From: Octopus vulgaris
Taxonomy: Eukaryota
DNA length: 64,000 nt
Reading direction: 5' to 3'
NCBI GenBank assembly: GCA_951406725.2
Contig: OX597823.1
Location: 104,718,001-104,782,000, forward strand
The translations under genes and the position numbers were made by a program. Below, piece by piece: positions 62,713-64,000 of the stretch (positions within the stretch are counted from its first letter, which is position 1; the number at the start of each line of letters is the position of its first letter). The notes under the pieces are model-generated. The model was given only the letters and a program-made list of their open reading frames with translations. It searched no databases and had not been told where the DNA came from.

Positions 62713-63010
62713 ATATTCTGTTGTGTCTGGAGAGAGTCATTTTGTTTTTGTGCCTTATAATGTAACACACTCACTGGTAAAATTTCCACTTATTTCTTAT
62801 TTTTATTTTCCTAAAATTTTCGTTGCATCTTGCAACCTTTTCAATAGTCTTGACTATTGAAAAATAAGAAATAAGTGGAAATTTTACTGGTGAGTGTGTT
62901 ACATTATAAGGCACATAGAAAAAAAAAAATGACTCTCCCCTCACACAACAGAATATGCTTCAACACACAAACTCATATAAAGAATCTTGCAAACCAAATA
63001 CAAAAACGAA
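62713..63010. repeat. Inverted-repeat element (arms 62713-62792 / 62860-62956), same family as 51691-51822
   Basis: atattctgttgtgt..ggtaaaatttccacttatttcttatttt mirrored; inner palindrome ttttcaatagtc/gactattgaaaa. Confidence 0.75.
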
Positions 63011-63051
63011 ACTAATCTATATATTTTGGCTGCAAAAGGAAGGACAGTTTA

Positions 63052-63090
<39 letters not shown>

Positions 63091-64000
63091 ATCTAAATGA
63101 GAAGAAGAAACAGTAAATATGGAACAAGAAAATATATTGAAGAGTATATTGGCAAGGTCATTAATGTTGCAAGAGAGAGTGAGAAAGCTTTCAGCCCTTT
63201 TGTTAGGTTCCTATAATATTGAGAAGTGCGTCAAACAAAGTGTAATGGCATATGCTTAGATCTTCAGATGATCGAGTGATAGATAATTGCAAAGCATACT
63301 GGATAATTAGCTGAAGGGAACACACTTTAGAGTGTCTACACATTACTGATGAAGTAACCCTCTGCAAGGCTTATGCTTTACCCTTCAATGACTCTGTTCC
63401 TAATAGCTGCAAATAAGGGCAATGATAAGGTACAAATCATTGATGTGATTAGTACAAGCATAACTCTAACAGGTCTTTTGTTCTTGTTTTTTTTTTATGT
63501 TGCAGATCATCCTTGATTGTATAGACCAGTAATCAAAGCTGTTCCATCCTTGATCATCCATGATTGTTTCACTTTATTTTTTCTTAGATTTGATATATCT
63601 AGAAAATACATTATCCAATATGTCTTTCATTTTTCAAGATGATAGAACATGATTTAGAAGAGTTTAGCTACTATTTCTAGCAGATCGAGCAACATCTCTG
63701 AACCATTTTTTGCTGATGGGTCCCTTTGATTCATATTATACTCAACTGGACCTCCATAACCATTCATTGCATATATAAAAAAATTCTACTGTGTTTTTTA
63801 TAATTAAATATTATTAGGAATTGTATGACAAAATGAACCCTCTTATCTGAACCCACAAGGAGTCAAATGGACCCTGGTTGAGGACCACTGATCTAGGGAC
63901 TCCCTAGTTAGTCTGTCAATTGATTTATTAGGTTGTAGTCTTTTTATTAGGTTTATTTATTACTAGCAGTATTGCCCGGCATTGCTTGGGTTTGTTTCGA

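Overview
AT-rich, repeat-saturated eukaryotic DNA. The repeat repertoire (tRNA-derived SINEs, RTE LINEs with (GAT)n tails, very long TA/TG/AAT microsatellites) looks like a coleoid cephalopod, probably Octopus; this is an inference. No host protein-coding gene is confidently identifiable, and most ORF-track entries are microsatellite artefacts. Main content: (i) one apparently full-length RTE-clade LINE (26641-31800, minus) with an uninterrupted EN-RT ORF, a PHD finger right after the RT core, ~350-bp tandem 5' monomers and many truncated 3'-end copies; (ii) several distinct Penelope-like element (PLE) ends carrying hammerhead ribozyme (HHR) folds. In one PLE family a tRNA-derived Pol III promoter-like head lies upstream of the HHR, and the family also occurs as an ORF-less, TSD-flanked insertion. 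This SINE-like retrozyme is the most interesting system seen. (iii) R4/Dong-like LINE ends in (AAT)n tracts, a rearranged HERO-like LINE, decayed mariner/Tc1 elements and MITEs, a Gypsy relic and three SINE families. All RNA structures were folded by eye and none is experimentally supported. Many element boundaries are approximate.
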